The translations under genes were made by a program, and so were the position numbers. Below the pieces are notes generated by a model, which ran no database searches, had not been told where the DNA came from, and saw nothing but the letters and a program-made list of their open reading frames with translations. From Chrysemys picta bellii (taxonomy: Eukaryota), in the NCBI RefSeq assembly GCF_011386835.1, contig NC_088809.1, forward strand, positions 1,426,001-1,490,000: 64,000 bases of DNA, given 5' to 3'. This document shows positions 10,360 to 37,609 of this stretch, piece after piece. Position 1 is the stretch's first letter; each line of letters opens with the position of its first letter.

Positions 10360-10862
10360 CTGGGGACAAAGAAAAACAGGACTCATGAGTATCTGAGCTG
10401 GGGATGGGGACACCCACGGGGAGAAATCGGGGAGGAGGAGAAGGGGAGGAGCAGGAAGGCTCAGGACGTCCCTCTTGCCAACGTGCCCTAACCCTCCCTG
10501 GGATACAGCCCTCACCCGGGGCAGGCCCTGACCTCATGGCATCTCAGGAGAGCCAGCCGCACCCAGATCCCCAATGGGGCTGGCGGCAACTTGGCTAAGA
10601 GGCACATCTGCAAACCAGATGCTGAAGCTGTGGTGCCAAGGAAGGGACGGTGCTCCTAGGGCACTGAGACGACGTGGCCAGTACGGCCTGCGTGGGACTC
10701 TGAGCCAGGAAGGTTGGTGACAGAACGAGCTCAGGGCAGCTGGCCAGGCCCCTGGGGCAGGGCAGCTTCCAGAGTCTAGTCTCTTCCCCAAGCCACCCCT
10801 CCCTTAGGGGATCCCCCTACCCCTCCGATGCGCCCCATGCCCCCAAGGAGAGCGGCAGCTAC

Positions 10863-10931
10863 CTGGATGCTGACCTCCTCCTTGCACTGCTTCAGGGTGT
10901 CACGCCGCAGCACCTCCACTTTGGGGACCAC
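10863..10931 (-). CDS. RSKR: RSKR exon 4
   Basis: VVPKVEVLRRDTLKQCKEEVSIQ, 69 nt. Confidence 0.93.
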
Positions 10932-11021
10932 CTACAAGAGAAGGAGCCATGGCCCCAGTGAGTCAGCACAGGAGAACGAGGCAGCGCCCTGGGCAAGGGG
11001 GGCAGTCAGACGGGCACCCAC

Positions 11022-11105
11022 CTTCACAGCAAAGACCTTCTCCCGCCTGCAGTCCAGCACCTTCAGGACCGTCCCAAACGAGCCTTTAGCAACAAAGCCC
11101 AGAAT
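11022..11105 (-). CDS. RSKR: RSKR exon 3
   Basis: [28 protein letters not shown], 84 nt. Confidence 0.95.
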
Positions 11106-11608
11106 CTAAAAGGAAGGAAGCAGTAAGTGTGGCCAGGGTGTGACTGCGCCCACCAGCAGAGCCAGGACCCGCGAGAGCAGCACGGGACTCAGCAGGGACT
11201 ACCCAGGACAGTGTCTCCTGGCCAGGCTGGACAGAGCGTGGGGGGAACCATCCCAGCCTCCTGCCCCCCTGCTCCCAAAGGATGGGGGGTGACCCCCAGC
11301 CCAGGGGCGTTCCTCTCCCCAGCGTTCTGGTTGTCAGAGAGCAAAGGCAAGTAGTCGCAGGGCTGGAGGGAGAGCTGGAGGCCAGGGAACAGATGCTGCC
11401 CAAGTCCCAGCTGGAGAGCGGAGTTTGGCGACACTCCTGCACGCGGGATCGTGCGCCAGCACTGCTGGGCTCCTTGACTCCGACTCAGCCCTGGGGCTCC
11501 CAAAGGACCATGCAGGCCACAAGAGGCCAGTCCACACCCATGGGCCCTGGTCATGGCTTGTTCCCCGCCCCTGCCACCCCCACAACGGCTTGGCGCTGGG
11601 CATCGTAC

Positions 11609-11860
11609 CTTGAGCTGCGGCTGGCCCAGGGGGGGCCGGATGGGGAACTCCGGGAGGAAGAGCGAGACGAACTGCGGGACCGGCCACCCCGTCACCACCT
11701 TCTCGCCCAGCCGGGGCAGCTTCTCGCCCGGGCCTCGCCGCTGCTGGAGGCACCTCCTCATGGCCAAGTTGCGCTCCAGCCCGGACACCGTCACTCCAAT
11801 GCCAGCCAAGACCCTCTTCCAGCTCCGGACCCAGGAGACCTCGGCTGCGAAGCCACCGCC
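11609..11860 (-). CDS. RSKR: RSKR exon 2
   Basis: GGGFAAEV...WPVPQFVSLFLPEFPIRPPLGQPQLK, 252 nt; matches the human WPVPQFINLFLPEFPIRP motif. Confidence 0.9.
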
Positions 11861-12008
11861 CTGCAGAGCCAGCAGAAGCATGAGCTCCTGGCCCGGCTGC
11901 AGCCAGCTCTGGGGCAGGTCACAGAAACCAGCTGTGTGGAACGGGCCCATGGACCCGCATCACAGCGAGACCCGGGCGCCCCCCTGCGGCCCCGCCCCCG
12001 GTACGCAC

Positions 12009-12056
12009 CTTGAGGGGGCCCGGCGGGGGCTCGGGCTCGCTGCTGGCAGCTCCCAT
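12009..12056 (-). CDS. RSKR: RSKR exon 1
   Basis: MGAASSEPEPPPGPLK, donor AAG|GTGCGT, phase 0; human starts MGAVS and its exon 1 also ends in K. Confidence 0.8.
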
Positions 12057-12177
12057 CGCGTCTCCTTCCTACGGCAGCCCCGGCCCCATCGCGTCCCGGC
12101 AGCAGAACCCGCTGCGCCCGGCCCGGCTAATCCCCCTCTGGGCCGGTTACATAAACAGGCGCGATCCCGTCCCCGCT

Positions 12178-12580
12178 TCATTGCCATGCGAGCCCCGCCC
12201 CCTCATGCATAATGCAAATAACCCCAGCCCCCTCAGTGCCACGCGAGCCCCGCCCCCTCATGCCTAATGCAAATAACCCCAGCCCCTCAGTGCCATGCGA
12301 GCCCTGCCCCCTCATGCCTAATACAAATAACCCCACCCCCTCATTGCCATGCGAGCCCCGCCCCCTCATGCCTAATACAAATAACCCCACCCCCTCATTG
12401 CCATGCGAGCCCCACCCCGCTTATGCATAATGCAAATAACCCACCCCCTCATTGCCATGCGAGCCCCGCCCCACTCATGCAGAATGCAAATAACCCCAGC
12501 CCCTCAGTGCCACGCGAGCCCCGCCCCCTCAGCAGAATGCAAATAACCCCCACTCCCTCATTGCCATGCAAGTCCCGCCC
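12178..12580. repeat. 7-unit ~54-bp tandem array carrying octamer and GC-box motifs, upstream of RSKR
   Basis: ATGCAAAT at 12212, 12267, 12430, 12484 and 12537; ATACAAAT at 12321 and 12375; CCCCGCCCC-type motif in most units. Confidence 0.9.
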
Positions 12581-14156
12581 ATTTGCTTGTTTGCTCCTCC
12601 TTATAGGACACACCCAATGCTGCTTTAGTCAGGACAATTTGTCCTAGGTTACGCCCACCTCCTGGATATTGATCAGCATGCAGGAGCCAGGCCCAGCAGG
12701 GCCGTAAGGGGCCCCGGAGTGATGGGCCCCAGGGCAGACACGGGCCCTGCTGGCTCTGCCGGTAGCTGCCCCAAGCACCGCAGCAAGCAAGGCCCTGGGA
12801 CGTTGCTCAGGTCATGCTGGCCGGAGTTAGTTCCATGGTTCATCCTCCTCCCTCAGCCAGCAGCTGCTGCTTCTCATCTCAGCGAGGGTCTCAGCCCCTG
12901 TGGACAAAGGACCCACCCAGGGCCCCTGGCCCACAGACAATAACCGGCCTCGGGCTGTCATGCTCTCTCCTGGGCGCCTGCTGCCAGGAAGATACAGGGG
13001 GAAGGAGGGCCTCTGACTACCGCAGTGCCGGTGCCACTGAAAAAGGCCCAGCAAGGTCTGCTGCTGGGCCTCATCTCAGCTGGGGCCCAGCCCCACAGTG
13101 CAGCATGGGGCTTCCCTAGCCAGAACAGCACTGACCGGCCAAGCCCAGAGCGGGGGGCATGGACTGAAAAAAGGCCGCCGGAGCAGAGGCAGGTGGTGGG
13201 GAGAGCACCACAGCTGGGAGCATGGAGAAGTTACACGCAGAACAGGGTGAAGCCAAGGGGTGTTCATGGGACCTAACCAGGGGGAGGGGGCAGCTCCCAG
13301 GAAAGGTTCCTACCCCTAGGCAGTAATCTGGACCTGGGCTGGATAAACAATCCATGAAAGTGTATGTGTGTGTGGGGGGGAACAGATCAGCTCTGTCACC
13401 TCCAGCTGCACCTCAGCCCCAGCAGCCCCCACGTTGTCCGGGGAGCTGAGACTCACAGACCTTGTACTGCACAGCAGAGCTCTGCCAGGGGCCCCGAGAC
13501 ACAGAGCAGGCCTGGCTGCACCAGAGAGTGAGGGGAAAACAGCTCAGCGGGCCATGAGGCTCCAGTAACCACCAAGTGCTGGTAGCTCTCTGGGTGGGGG
13601 AGCAGGCTCAGACTGGGCCCAGGTGCTGGTAGGACGCGGGGCCCTGGCTGCGGCCCTCTCCCTGCTGGGGAACTGATCAGTAACACCAGGACAGAGATGG
13701 GTCCAAATTAAAAACTCTTATTTAAATTCTCCTCAGTGCCCACTTCCCAACAGTAACCAGACTGGAGCAGCCGCGTTACAGTGTCGCAGGCCCAGTGACG
13801 CCAGCGCAGGACACACCAGTGATAACAACTCGAGTGCTCCTCACCACCCAGGCTCTGTGCAAATGAAAGCAGCCCGGGCCCTGGGTGACGCAGCCTCCCC
13901 AGCTCCCGCTGCTGGGGAGCTGCTTCACACTGCGTGCCGTCCCCCTACCGCCATGCCGCTCCCTGCCTGGACAGGGGCTCTGCCCGTGCCATCGGTCCAT
14001 CGAGTTCTTGTGCCATGGCTGGGCTGTGCCACCAAGGGCCCCCCACCTAGACAAAGTCACTGGCTGTTTGTGCCAGCTTAGGCCTGCAAAAGGGCCATGT
14101 GCCCAAGAGGTGGCAGGAGCCGCCTGAGTCCCTTCCCGGCCAGCCGGGTGCTGCCC

Positions 14157-14432
<276 letters not shown>

Positions 14433-14576
14433 CTAGGGCTCATTCCCTGGGGCTCCTCTGCACAGCCTGCCCCAGAGCCGGGGACTTGGCAGCAATCTGG
14501 GCAAGCCTGGCAGAGACAGCGGTGCCCGTTCCAGCCCAGGCATTTCCAGCAGCCCCACAGACGCTCATCTGCAGCC

Positions 14577-16157
14577 TGTAACCTATCATTGAAATTAGCT
14601 TCTGTACCAAGCAACTGGAGAATAGCTAATGTGATGCTGATTTTTTAAAAAGGCTCCAGAGGCAATCCCAGCAGTTACAGGCCGGGAAGCCTGACTTCAG
14701 TACCGGGCAAATTGGTTTAAACTCTAGTAAAGCAAAGAATTGTCAGACACACAGATGAACATGATTTTGGGGGGGGGGAGCGGGAAGTGTCAACGTGGTT
14801 ATAGTAAAGGGAAATCATGCCTCACCAATCTACTAGAATTTTTTGAGGGGGTCAACAAGCATGCGGACAAGGGGGATCCAGTGAATAGAGTGTACTTAGA
14901 TTTTCAGAAAGCCTTTGACAAGATCCCTCACTAAAGGCTCTTAAGCAAAGTAAGCTGTCATGGGATAAGAGGGAAGGTCCTCTCATGGACTGGTAACTGG
15001 TTAAAAGACAGGAAACAAAGGGTAGGAATAAATGGTCAGTTTTCAGAATGGAGAGAAGTAAATAGTGGTGTCCCCCAGGGGTCTGTACTGGGCCCAGTGC
15101 TATTCAACATATTCCTCAATGACCTGGGAAAAGGGGTAAACAGTGAGGTGACTAAATTTGCAGATGATACAAAACTACTCAAGATCGCAATGTGCTTGGG
15201 ACTTAACTAAGAGCTACAAAAGGATCTCTCAAAACTGGGTGACGGGGCAACAAAATGGCAGATGAAATGCAATATTGATAAATGCAAAGTAATGCAAATT
15301 GGAAAACATAATCCTAACTATACGTACAAAATGATGGGGTCTAAATTTTAGCTGTTACCACTCAAGAAAGAGATCTCAGAGTCATTGTGGATAGTTCTCT
15401 GAAAACATCCACTCAATGTGCAGTGGCAGTCAAAAAAGTGAACAGAATGTTGGGAATCATTAAGAAAGGGATAGATAGTAAGACAGAAAATATCATACTG
15501 CCTCTATATAAATCCATGGTATGCCCACATCTTGAATACTGTGTGCAGATGTGGTCGCCCCATCTCAAAAAAGATATATTGGAATTGGAAAAGGGCAACA
15601 AAAATGATTAGGGGTATGGAACAGCTGCCATTTGAGGAGAGATTAATAAGACTGACTTTTCGGCTTGGAAAAGAGACAACTAAGGGGGTAATATGACAGA
15701 GATCTATAAAATCATGTCTGGTGTGGAGAAAGTAAATAAGGAAGTGTTATTTACTCCTTTTCATAACACAAGAACTATGGGTCACCAAATGAAATTAATA
15801 GGCAGCAGGTTTAAAACAAACGAAAGCAAGTATTTTTTCCACACAAAACACACGGTCAACCTGTGGAACTCCTTGCCAGGGGATGTTGTGAAGGCCAAGA
15901 CTATAACAGGGTTCAAAAAAGAACTATACAAGTTCATGGAGGATAGGTCCAACAATGGCTATTAACCAGGATGGGCAGGGATAGTGTCTAGCCTCTGTTT
16001 GCCAGAAGCTGGGAATGGGCAACATGGGATGGATCGCTTGATGATTACCTGTGCTGTTCATTCCCTCTGGGGCACCTGACCCTGGCCACTGTCGGCAGAC
16101 AGGATACTGGGCTAGATGGGCCTTTGGTCTGATCCAGTATGGCCGTTCTTATGTTCT
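14577..16157 (+). mobile_element. 5'-truncated CR1 LINE (RT C-terminal part and 3' UTR), disrupted
   Basis: CR1 ORF2 peptides (KGKSCLTNLLEFFEGV, YLDFQKAFDKIPH, LEYCVQMWSPHLKKD), frameshifts and stops, 3' end GGCCGTTCTTATGTTCT; in BLTP2 intron 38. Confidence 0.92.
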
Positions 16158-16284
16158 CTGCCCTTCCCAGAGAGAGACTCCCCGCGGGCACAGGCCCAGC
16201 ACCACTCAGGGGAAGATTAGGAGAGCATCGGGGCTCCCCAACATGACTGACAGGAGAGGGGCTATAACTCAGTCCCCAGTGCTA

Positions 16285-16572
<288 letters not shown>

Positions 16573-17051
16573 CTACAGGCTCGGAGCAAGACACAGCAGC
16601 AGAACCCCTGGGTTCAGGGGAGAGGAGATGGGGCGGGGACCCAGGGCAGAAACGGGGACACAGGCCCTCTGCTGAGGGGAGTGTGGTGGGGACTGTGCTG
16701 TGGCCCAGGAATGGCCTCCTCCCCTCTGCCCCACGGCTCAGAAGAGTCATGCCAGCCAGACGGCAGGGACAGTGCATAGGAAGAAGGCAGGGCCCCCTGC
16801 CCCCAGAAGTACCAGGCAACCTACAGCACCCATGGGGCACAGAGAGGAGAGGCAGAAAGTGAACTTCAGCTCAGCCCAAGCGAGCATGGGAAAGCCGTGA
16901 AAGTAGCCCCTGGGCAGACCTAGGGATAGGGCCAGTTGAAGGGCAGGGCAGCCCCTCACACACAACCCCTACACCTACACCCTCCAGGGCCGACCCCGCC
17001 CCAGCACACGGTCCCCTCCCTCCCCAGAACCCTCGGGGCCGGCCCCGCCTA

Positions 17052-17171
17052 GGGCGACCAGATGTCCCGATTTTATAGGGACAGTCCAGATATTTGGGGC
17101 TTTGTCTCATATTAGGCACCTATTACCCCCCACCCTCGTCCCGATTTTTCACACTTGCTGTCTGGTGACCC
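17052..17171. mobile_element. ~120-bp MITE with TA flanks (same family as 9902-10020)
   Basis: GGGCGACCAGA ... TCTGGTGACCC flanked by TA. Confidence 0.85.
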
Positions 17172-17173
17172 TA

Positions 17174-17467
<294 letters not shown>

Positions 17468-17611
17468 TCATTCAGGAGAGCAGCCAAGGCTCATTCTCTT
17501 CCCTGCCACGTGCCAGGGGACCCAGGACAGCACCCCTGGTCTGCACCAGCTGCTCAGTGTGCAAGGGGCAGCTTTGCTGACGCGTGTGCGGGTAAGTGGG
17601 TGAATCCCTCA

Positions 17612-18070
<459 letters not shown>

Positions 18071-18099
18071 TCAGTGACCCTCACTGCTAAAAATGGGCA

Positions 18100-18810
18100 C
18101 CGTATTCCCAGTGTAGCTTCAGCTCCCAGCCCCTGGGTCTCGTTCAGCCTTTGTCTGCTGGACTGAGGAGCCCCCTCCGCTCACAGATCTTCCTCCAGGT
18201 GGGTATTTACAGACCGTGATCAAGTCACCTCTTCCTCTTCTCTTGGCTAGCACTGGCTGAGCGTCTCTCCCTTCACCAGAAGGCAGGTTTTCCAGACCTC
18301 AAATGACTGCAGCTCATTTCTGAGCCCTTCCAGCTGGCCCACGTCCTTTCTGAAGTGTGGACACCAGCACTGAGCACCACCCCCGTAATGGTCTCCCACA
18401 GGCCAGATGCAGTGGGGACACCTTCCTCCTCCTGCTCCACAACCAAGGACTGCATTCGCCCTCTTAGCCAGCCCATCGCTTCAGCCGGTTTCCACCATGA
18501 CCCCACGGCCCTAGCAGAGCCCCCACTTTCCAGGACACAGCCCCCACCCGTAAGTTAGAGCTGCGTTCCTGGCTCCTAGCTGGAGCCTTTGGCTGCATTA
18601 AAATGCAGGTTGGCCAAGGGCGCCCAGCTTCCCCGGTGATCCGCACTGCTCTCGAGAACTGCCCTATCCCACCATTATCCACCACGGCACCAGTCTGGGC
18701 CTCAGCTCCAAACTTCACCCCCAGCGATTTTATATTTTCTTCCACACCATTGACAACGACTGAGTAGCGTTGGGTCGAGAATGGATTCGGGGGACCCCAC
18801 ACAACGAGGT
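18100..18810 (-). mobile_element. Old degenerate CR1 fragment
   Basis: Minus strand gives VNGVEENIKSLGVKFGAE (decayed INDLEENIKS..KFADD) and WCPHFRKDVGQLEG-like sequence. Confidence 0.65.
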
Positions 18811-18880
18811 TCCCCATTTCCGATCCCCGTTGGGGGTCTCTTGGCCAGCCAGCATGTACCCCATCACTGCACTGAGTTCA

Positions 18881-20775
<1,895 letters not shown>

Positions 20776-21097
20776 TCACACACAAACATGGGCCAGGGCT
20801 GGGGAGACCAAGTCCGCCCCCACCCCCGCCCCCCAGGCAATGAGAGCTCAGAGACGCTACTGGCCCCAGCAGGCACAGACAAACCCGGCTCTCCAGCCCA
20901 CAGTGCTCTGCCCCGTGTGCCGGGCTTTGCTGGAGCAGGGCTGCGAGTCCCGTTCCCTGGCCTCCGAGAGCCGGGCAGAACGAACCAGAGATCAGCGCCC
21001 AGAAGGGACAGCAGAGACCACGCCCGGTGCCAGACACCCCAGGGCCCCATTGAACAGAGCCAACTGCAGCTGCCTTGCTCTGATCCGAGGGAGGTTA

Positions 21098-22098
<1,001 letters not shown>

Positions 22099-22101
22099 TC
22101 A

Positions 22102-22359
<258 letters not shown>

Positions 22360-22479
22360 CTAAGTGACCCTGCCAACTCCAGGATGGGGCAGCCGGGCCG
22401 GGAGATAAACCGGGGCACAGAGGGCCTGCAGTGTCTGCCCCAGTGGCAGGGCCAGGGAAAGAAAGACACAGCTCAGTCA

Positions 22480-23613
<1,134 letters not shown>

Positions 23614-23888
23614 TCAGATAATGGCCAGGGCACAGCGACTCCCCGCTCAAACCCGCCCAGCAGCAGGGAGGCCCCATGGCCAGTTGGGGACACCCAGACG
23701 CCATTCCCAGGGGGGTGGCCTTGGTCATGTCACTAGCCGTCTGGGCCAGCCGCCCCGCCCGTGCTGAGCTCCTAGAAAGGGTGATCAGCGGCACTCAAGG
23801 CTGCTGAGCCTGCAGCCAGTGGGGCCCTGTGTGCTCCCCGTCCAGGGCTCACCCTGCAGACAGCCAGAGGCTCGGGCCCCACAGCCTA

Positions 23889-25111
<1,223 letters not shown>

Positions 25112-25320
25112 TCAGCACTGTGACAGGGCCCTCGACAGCCGCTGCCCGACCCCCCCGACCTCTCCTCCTCCCTCCCTGGGAGCACTCAGCTCGGCACCTG
25201 GCCAAGGGAGGCAGCGGGGGAGGGACACGGGGATCCCCAAGGACCCCCCCGCCTCCCAAACCCGGAGCCCCAACCCAGCAGCCCCCAGAGCGCCTAGCGG
25301 GAACGGCCACGCGCCGGTCA

Positions 25321-26141
<821 letters not shown>

Positions 26142-26144
26142 TTA

Positions 26145-26930
<786 letters not shown>

Positions 26931-26982
26931 CTACGGGGGGAACCACAGTGCTTCCCACTGCATGTGGCCCGGGTGCCCCTCA

Positions 26983-28155
<1,173 letters not shown>

Positions 28156-28460
28156 CTAGGGCACAGAAAAGGGCACGCGGGCCTGGGTCTCTGCTCTGCC
28201 AGCAGCCCTTAGCGAGCTCCCCCCACTGCTCTGCCAGCCACCTTGCTCCTGACCCCCCAGCCCCTCCTCCCAGTGCCCCCCCACACGCTCCAGCCCTGCT
28301 AAGTGCTGCAGCAGAGGCCTCTGGCCATGAGGCAGGGTGTGACACGGATGGACAGGGCCTGGCTGAGAGGCCATCGCTCGCCCTCACCTGACGGCCCAGT
28401 CCGAGTGGGAACGCCAGCAGGCGCCCTGACCCGCTGGGTCACTCAGCCACCTCGGACTCA

Positions 28461-29081
<621 letters not shown>

Positions 29082-29169
29082 CTACTGCCTCCGTCTGGCT
29101 GGCGCGCAGATCCTGCGGGATGGCTGCCCGCCCATGGTGCTGCCCCTGCCCAGCAGCCCCACCTGGTCA

Positions 29170-29922
<753 letters not shown>

Positions 29923-29999
29923 CTACCTCACCCCCAGAAACAATCCTGACTCAAACCCAGGAGCTGAGGAACTGCCGCAGAGGTGTGCCCACCCAGGCC

Positions 30000-30915
<916 letters not shown>

Positions 30916-31224
30916 TTAGTGAGCCCGAGTTCCCCTGCTACAGAACAGGCCCCGGAGGGAGCTCCTGTCCCAGGGCCTCCGCAGGCCGCACGGCCAGCCC
31001 AGCTCCTGCTTCTCGCCTGCGGAGAGGCCAAGCCGCGCAGCTCCTGCTGAGTGGAGGGAGCCGGGCCGTGCTCTGGGCCAGGGCAGGAACGCTCCACGGG
31101 GAGCAGCACCTCTGGGGCCCGCCCGGTACGGTTCCTGGCTCACCGCTGGCCAGGCTTGGCAGGCAGCTCTGTGGGGCGAGTTACCACGGCTCCTCCCACG
31201 GGGCTCGGCGAGGTGAGTCCCTCA

Positions 31225-31863
<639 letters not shown>

Positions 31864-32003
31864 CTAGAGATGGGGACGCGGGAGGTGTGAGCGAGACCTC
31901 TTCCCCGCTGCCCATTTGCACGGAAACAGGCCCAGCCAGCTCAGGGCCTGCGGGCACCGATGGGCGGCGTGGCACGGGTGCAGTAGGTGCCAGGAGTCAC
32001 TCA

Positions 32004-32497
<494 letters not shown>

Positions 32498-32781
32498 TCA
32501 CGGCCTTAGAAGGGAGGGGCGACCAAGGGAGCCCAGGCCACGCTCATTCCGCCCTCACTCCAGAGCCACCCGGAGCCTGGCCCGTGGCCTTCTCACCTAC
32601 AGCAATCCTGCCTCCCCCAGGGGCCACTCACACCTAGAGACCCTCGGGGAGGGGATGCCCAGCCGAGGGTAGCCAGGGGAGAGGCATGGGCCTCAGGAGA
32701 GTGCCTGCGGGGGGAGGGGTGGCCGAGCAGCTGGGCTGGGCATTCGGGCCTGTCATGGTGCCAGCCCTCTCTCCCCATTAC

Positions 32782-32905
32782 CTCTGCTGGCTGTTCACAG
32801 ACAGCACCACGTTGGTGTTCTCCAGCTCCACCTTCGCCTTGCTGGGGATGAGCTGCAGAGTGCGCAAGCTCAGCAGAGGCAGAGACTTCGGGGCCTCCCC
32901 GGGGC
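32782..32905 (-). CDS. BLTP2: BLTP2 exon 8
   Basis: (G)PGEAPKSL...VLSVNSQQ(R), 124 nt. Confidence 0.88.
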
Positions 32906-33070
32906 CTGGGAGCAAGGGACAGACCTGGTCACAGGCAGGAGTCTCGCCCCAGAGCTCCCCACTCCCCCCAGCAGGAGGCAGCAATGGCCTGCCCTGCCCA
33001 AGGGGATCCCCCGGCTGGGACCCAAGACAGCATAAACCACCCCCATGCCCAATCTGCCAGACACACTCTA

Positions 33071-33433
<363 letters not shown>

Positions 33434-33499
33434 TTATGTGCATCGGGCGCAGCCCCAAGCAGTGCCCACGGGCAGCCCGGTCCCAGTGCAGAGAGAAGG

Positions 33500-33700
33500 A
33501 GGCTGCGGTGCCCTAGGCCCCCCGAGGCTGCAGTGCCCTAGGCCCCCCCCAGGCTGCAGTGCCCTACGCCCCCCCCCGAGGCTGCAGTGCCCTACGCCCC
33601 CCCGAGGCTGCAGCGCCCTAGGCCCCCCCCCGAGGCTGCAGCCCCCTACGCCCCCCCGAGGCTGCAGCCCCCTACGCCCCCCCGAGGCTGCAGCCCCACC
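33500..33700. repeat. Minisatellite, 26-27-bp unit x ~7, BLTP2 intron 6
   Basis: (C)nGAGGCTGCAG(T/C)GCCCTA(C/G)G repeated. Confidence 0.85.
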
Positions 33701-33799
33701 TGCTAGCACCGCCTGCTGGGCTCAAGCGACGGGCAGCATGAGCTCCCCAAGAGCAGGCGCTGGGGCCTGGCTGCTGCAGGGCCCCCCCCGAATACTCAC

Positions 33800-33860
33800 C
33801 AACTGGCTGCTCTTCAGCACTTTGCTGTTCACCTGGGACAGGGTCAGCTCACAGTCCAGG
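33800..33860 (-). CDS. BLTP2: BLTP2 exon 6
   Basis: (R)LDCELTLSQVNSKVLKSSQL, 61 nt. Confidence 0.93.
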
Positions 33861-34357
33861 CTGGGGGGAGAGCAGAAGAAAGCTCAGACCACACCTGCCA
33901 GGCCCAGAGGGGCCCTGCTGCCTCCTAGCCAGGTCTGGGCTACAGCCCCTGCTCCCAGACAGAGCATCCACCCTAGAGCTGGACCCTGCAGCAGGAGGCT
34001 GCCCTCTGCAAGAACCAGGCATCACCCAGGGGCTGGGATGGTCTCAGTCCCTGGAGGGAGAGGGTTAGGGTGCCATGCTCCTGGGGCGCCCTCCAGTGGC
34101 CACGGAGAGCTGCTGACCAAGAGAGGGGGGTAGAAGATCAGGATTTGAACAGCCCTTGGGAGGGGGGCGGGGTAGTGCCAGTGACTGGAAAGGATGTCGC
34201 CAGGAAGGAGTCCCAGTGGCAGGCCCACAGCCCAGATCTACAAGGCACAGGGTGGGAATGGTCCCCCAGGACAAAGGCCACAACAAAGCTCTCCTGAGGG
34301 AGCTATACGTGGCTGTTACCCAGCCCTGGTCCCACAGGCCAGAGCAAGGTGGAGTTA

Positions 34358-34735
<378 letters not shown>

Positions 34736-35049
34736 CTGCACAGAGGAACAGCGACAGGAGGCATTACTGCTGCTCAACACAGCCTGGATGGCATGTGTCC
34801 TTCCCCTACATCAGCCCAGCCACCCATGGTGCCCCCGTGTCCTGCCCCCCGCACAGTCTGCACAGCCAGGGGAGTTTGAGCAGAACACTCCTGTGCCCAG
34901 AGACAGCTGGTCTCTCCTTACGGCAGAAAGCAGCGGGCCGAGCCCCACAGGCAGAGCTGGGGCACCCTGGCAAGCAGGCAGGGTCAGGGTCTAGCCATGC
35001 TCCCAAGCACAGAAAGGAGAGCGAGGAAAGAGCCAGGGCAGGTACTTAC

Positions 35050-35099
35050 GGCAGCTCATGACTCAGGAGTTTACTGGAGATCCAGACGCTGTCAATCTC
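35050..35099 (-). CDS. BLTP2: BLTP2 exon 3
   Basis: EIDSVWISSKLLSHEL(P), 50 nt. Confidence 0.93.
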
Positions 35100-35458
35100 C
35101 TACAAGGACACACAAGAAAGTCAGTGGAGCTACAGCGCCTAGCCCCACCCTGTAATGCTCACCCATCCTGTGTTCTCTCCTTCCACCCCCAGCACCCATC
35201 CAGCTTGCCAACACAAGGGCTAGCTGGCATCACACTGTCCACATGGGGGAGCATCGGGGTTCTAGTATGGGGGGAGGAAGGGGCTAGGGCCAGCTGTGGG
35301 GTTAGGTGGAAGGGACTAGTCATGTGGGGGTTCACTCCAGTGGCTGCATGAGCAGTTGCCATGGGATCTGAGATCTCAGCGGGTCACTGTGGTGGGAAGG
35401 CAGAGGCCTCGTGCACTTGGAGAAGCTGATCCCCGTCACTCCGAGCGCTTCTAGTACT

Positions 35459-36897
<1,439 letters not shown>

Positions 36898-37609
36898 TCA
36901 AAGAGAGATCCGGTAAATGCCAGCTCTCAGAGCACCCAGGGGGCCTCCCTGTCACTCCCAGCCAAACACTTGTCCCACCCTCTGCCTGCAGCTCAGGAAA
37001 CAACTCAAATTCACTGCAGGTCCAGCAGCAGCTGGATTAGTCACAGCCCCATGGAACAGGCCGTGGGCAGGGACTGGTTCACGGAGTCTGTGCAGCACCC
37101 ACTGCCACAGGGCCTAATCCTGAGTGGGGCCCTGCCACCATATAACGAGCAAATACTGTGTGCCAATGCGGGAGTGGCAGAGTTTGCCTTTGAACACACC
37201 ACGGCCTGGGTAGTGCCAGCCAGAGGGGGAAGCAGGGGGGCCACAAAGCCCATGCCCAAAGCCAGGCGCCCAATGGCCTGGGCAGTGCCAGTCAGGGTGC
37301 TTGGGGGAGCCTCTATCGGTCTCTTGTGGGGGGCCCACACAAAGCCCACTCCAGGGTGTCTGGGGCAATAGGAAACTCCCCAGCTGCACAGTCCTGGCCC
37401 CGAATGCACCTCTGGGGAAATGTGCCAGGGCCTCAAGGCTGGAGGACCAGGTTCTTGGGGTGATGGGGGCGCCCAGGGGACCCACCCCAACAACTAGAAA
37501 TGACAGCGGCTCCAGTGGGGCAACTACAGACTGGGGTACCCAGACGCCAGCCCCTGCTCACCTTGGTGCCTAACACTGCCCCCCACTCACTCCCCAAGTC
37601 CTCTGTCCC

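Larger units (their letters stand above)
4777..12056 (-). other. RSKR: RSKR/SGK494 gene span, ribosomal protein S6 kinase-related AGC-like kinase, 12 coding exons, 401 aa
   Basis: Spliced frame is continuous; kinase motifs AKGSFG, FAVK, HRDVKMEN, DFG, CGTLQYMAPE and DWWSLG are all present. Confidence 0.95.
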
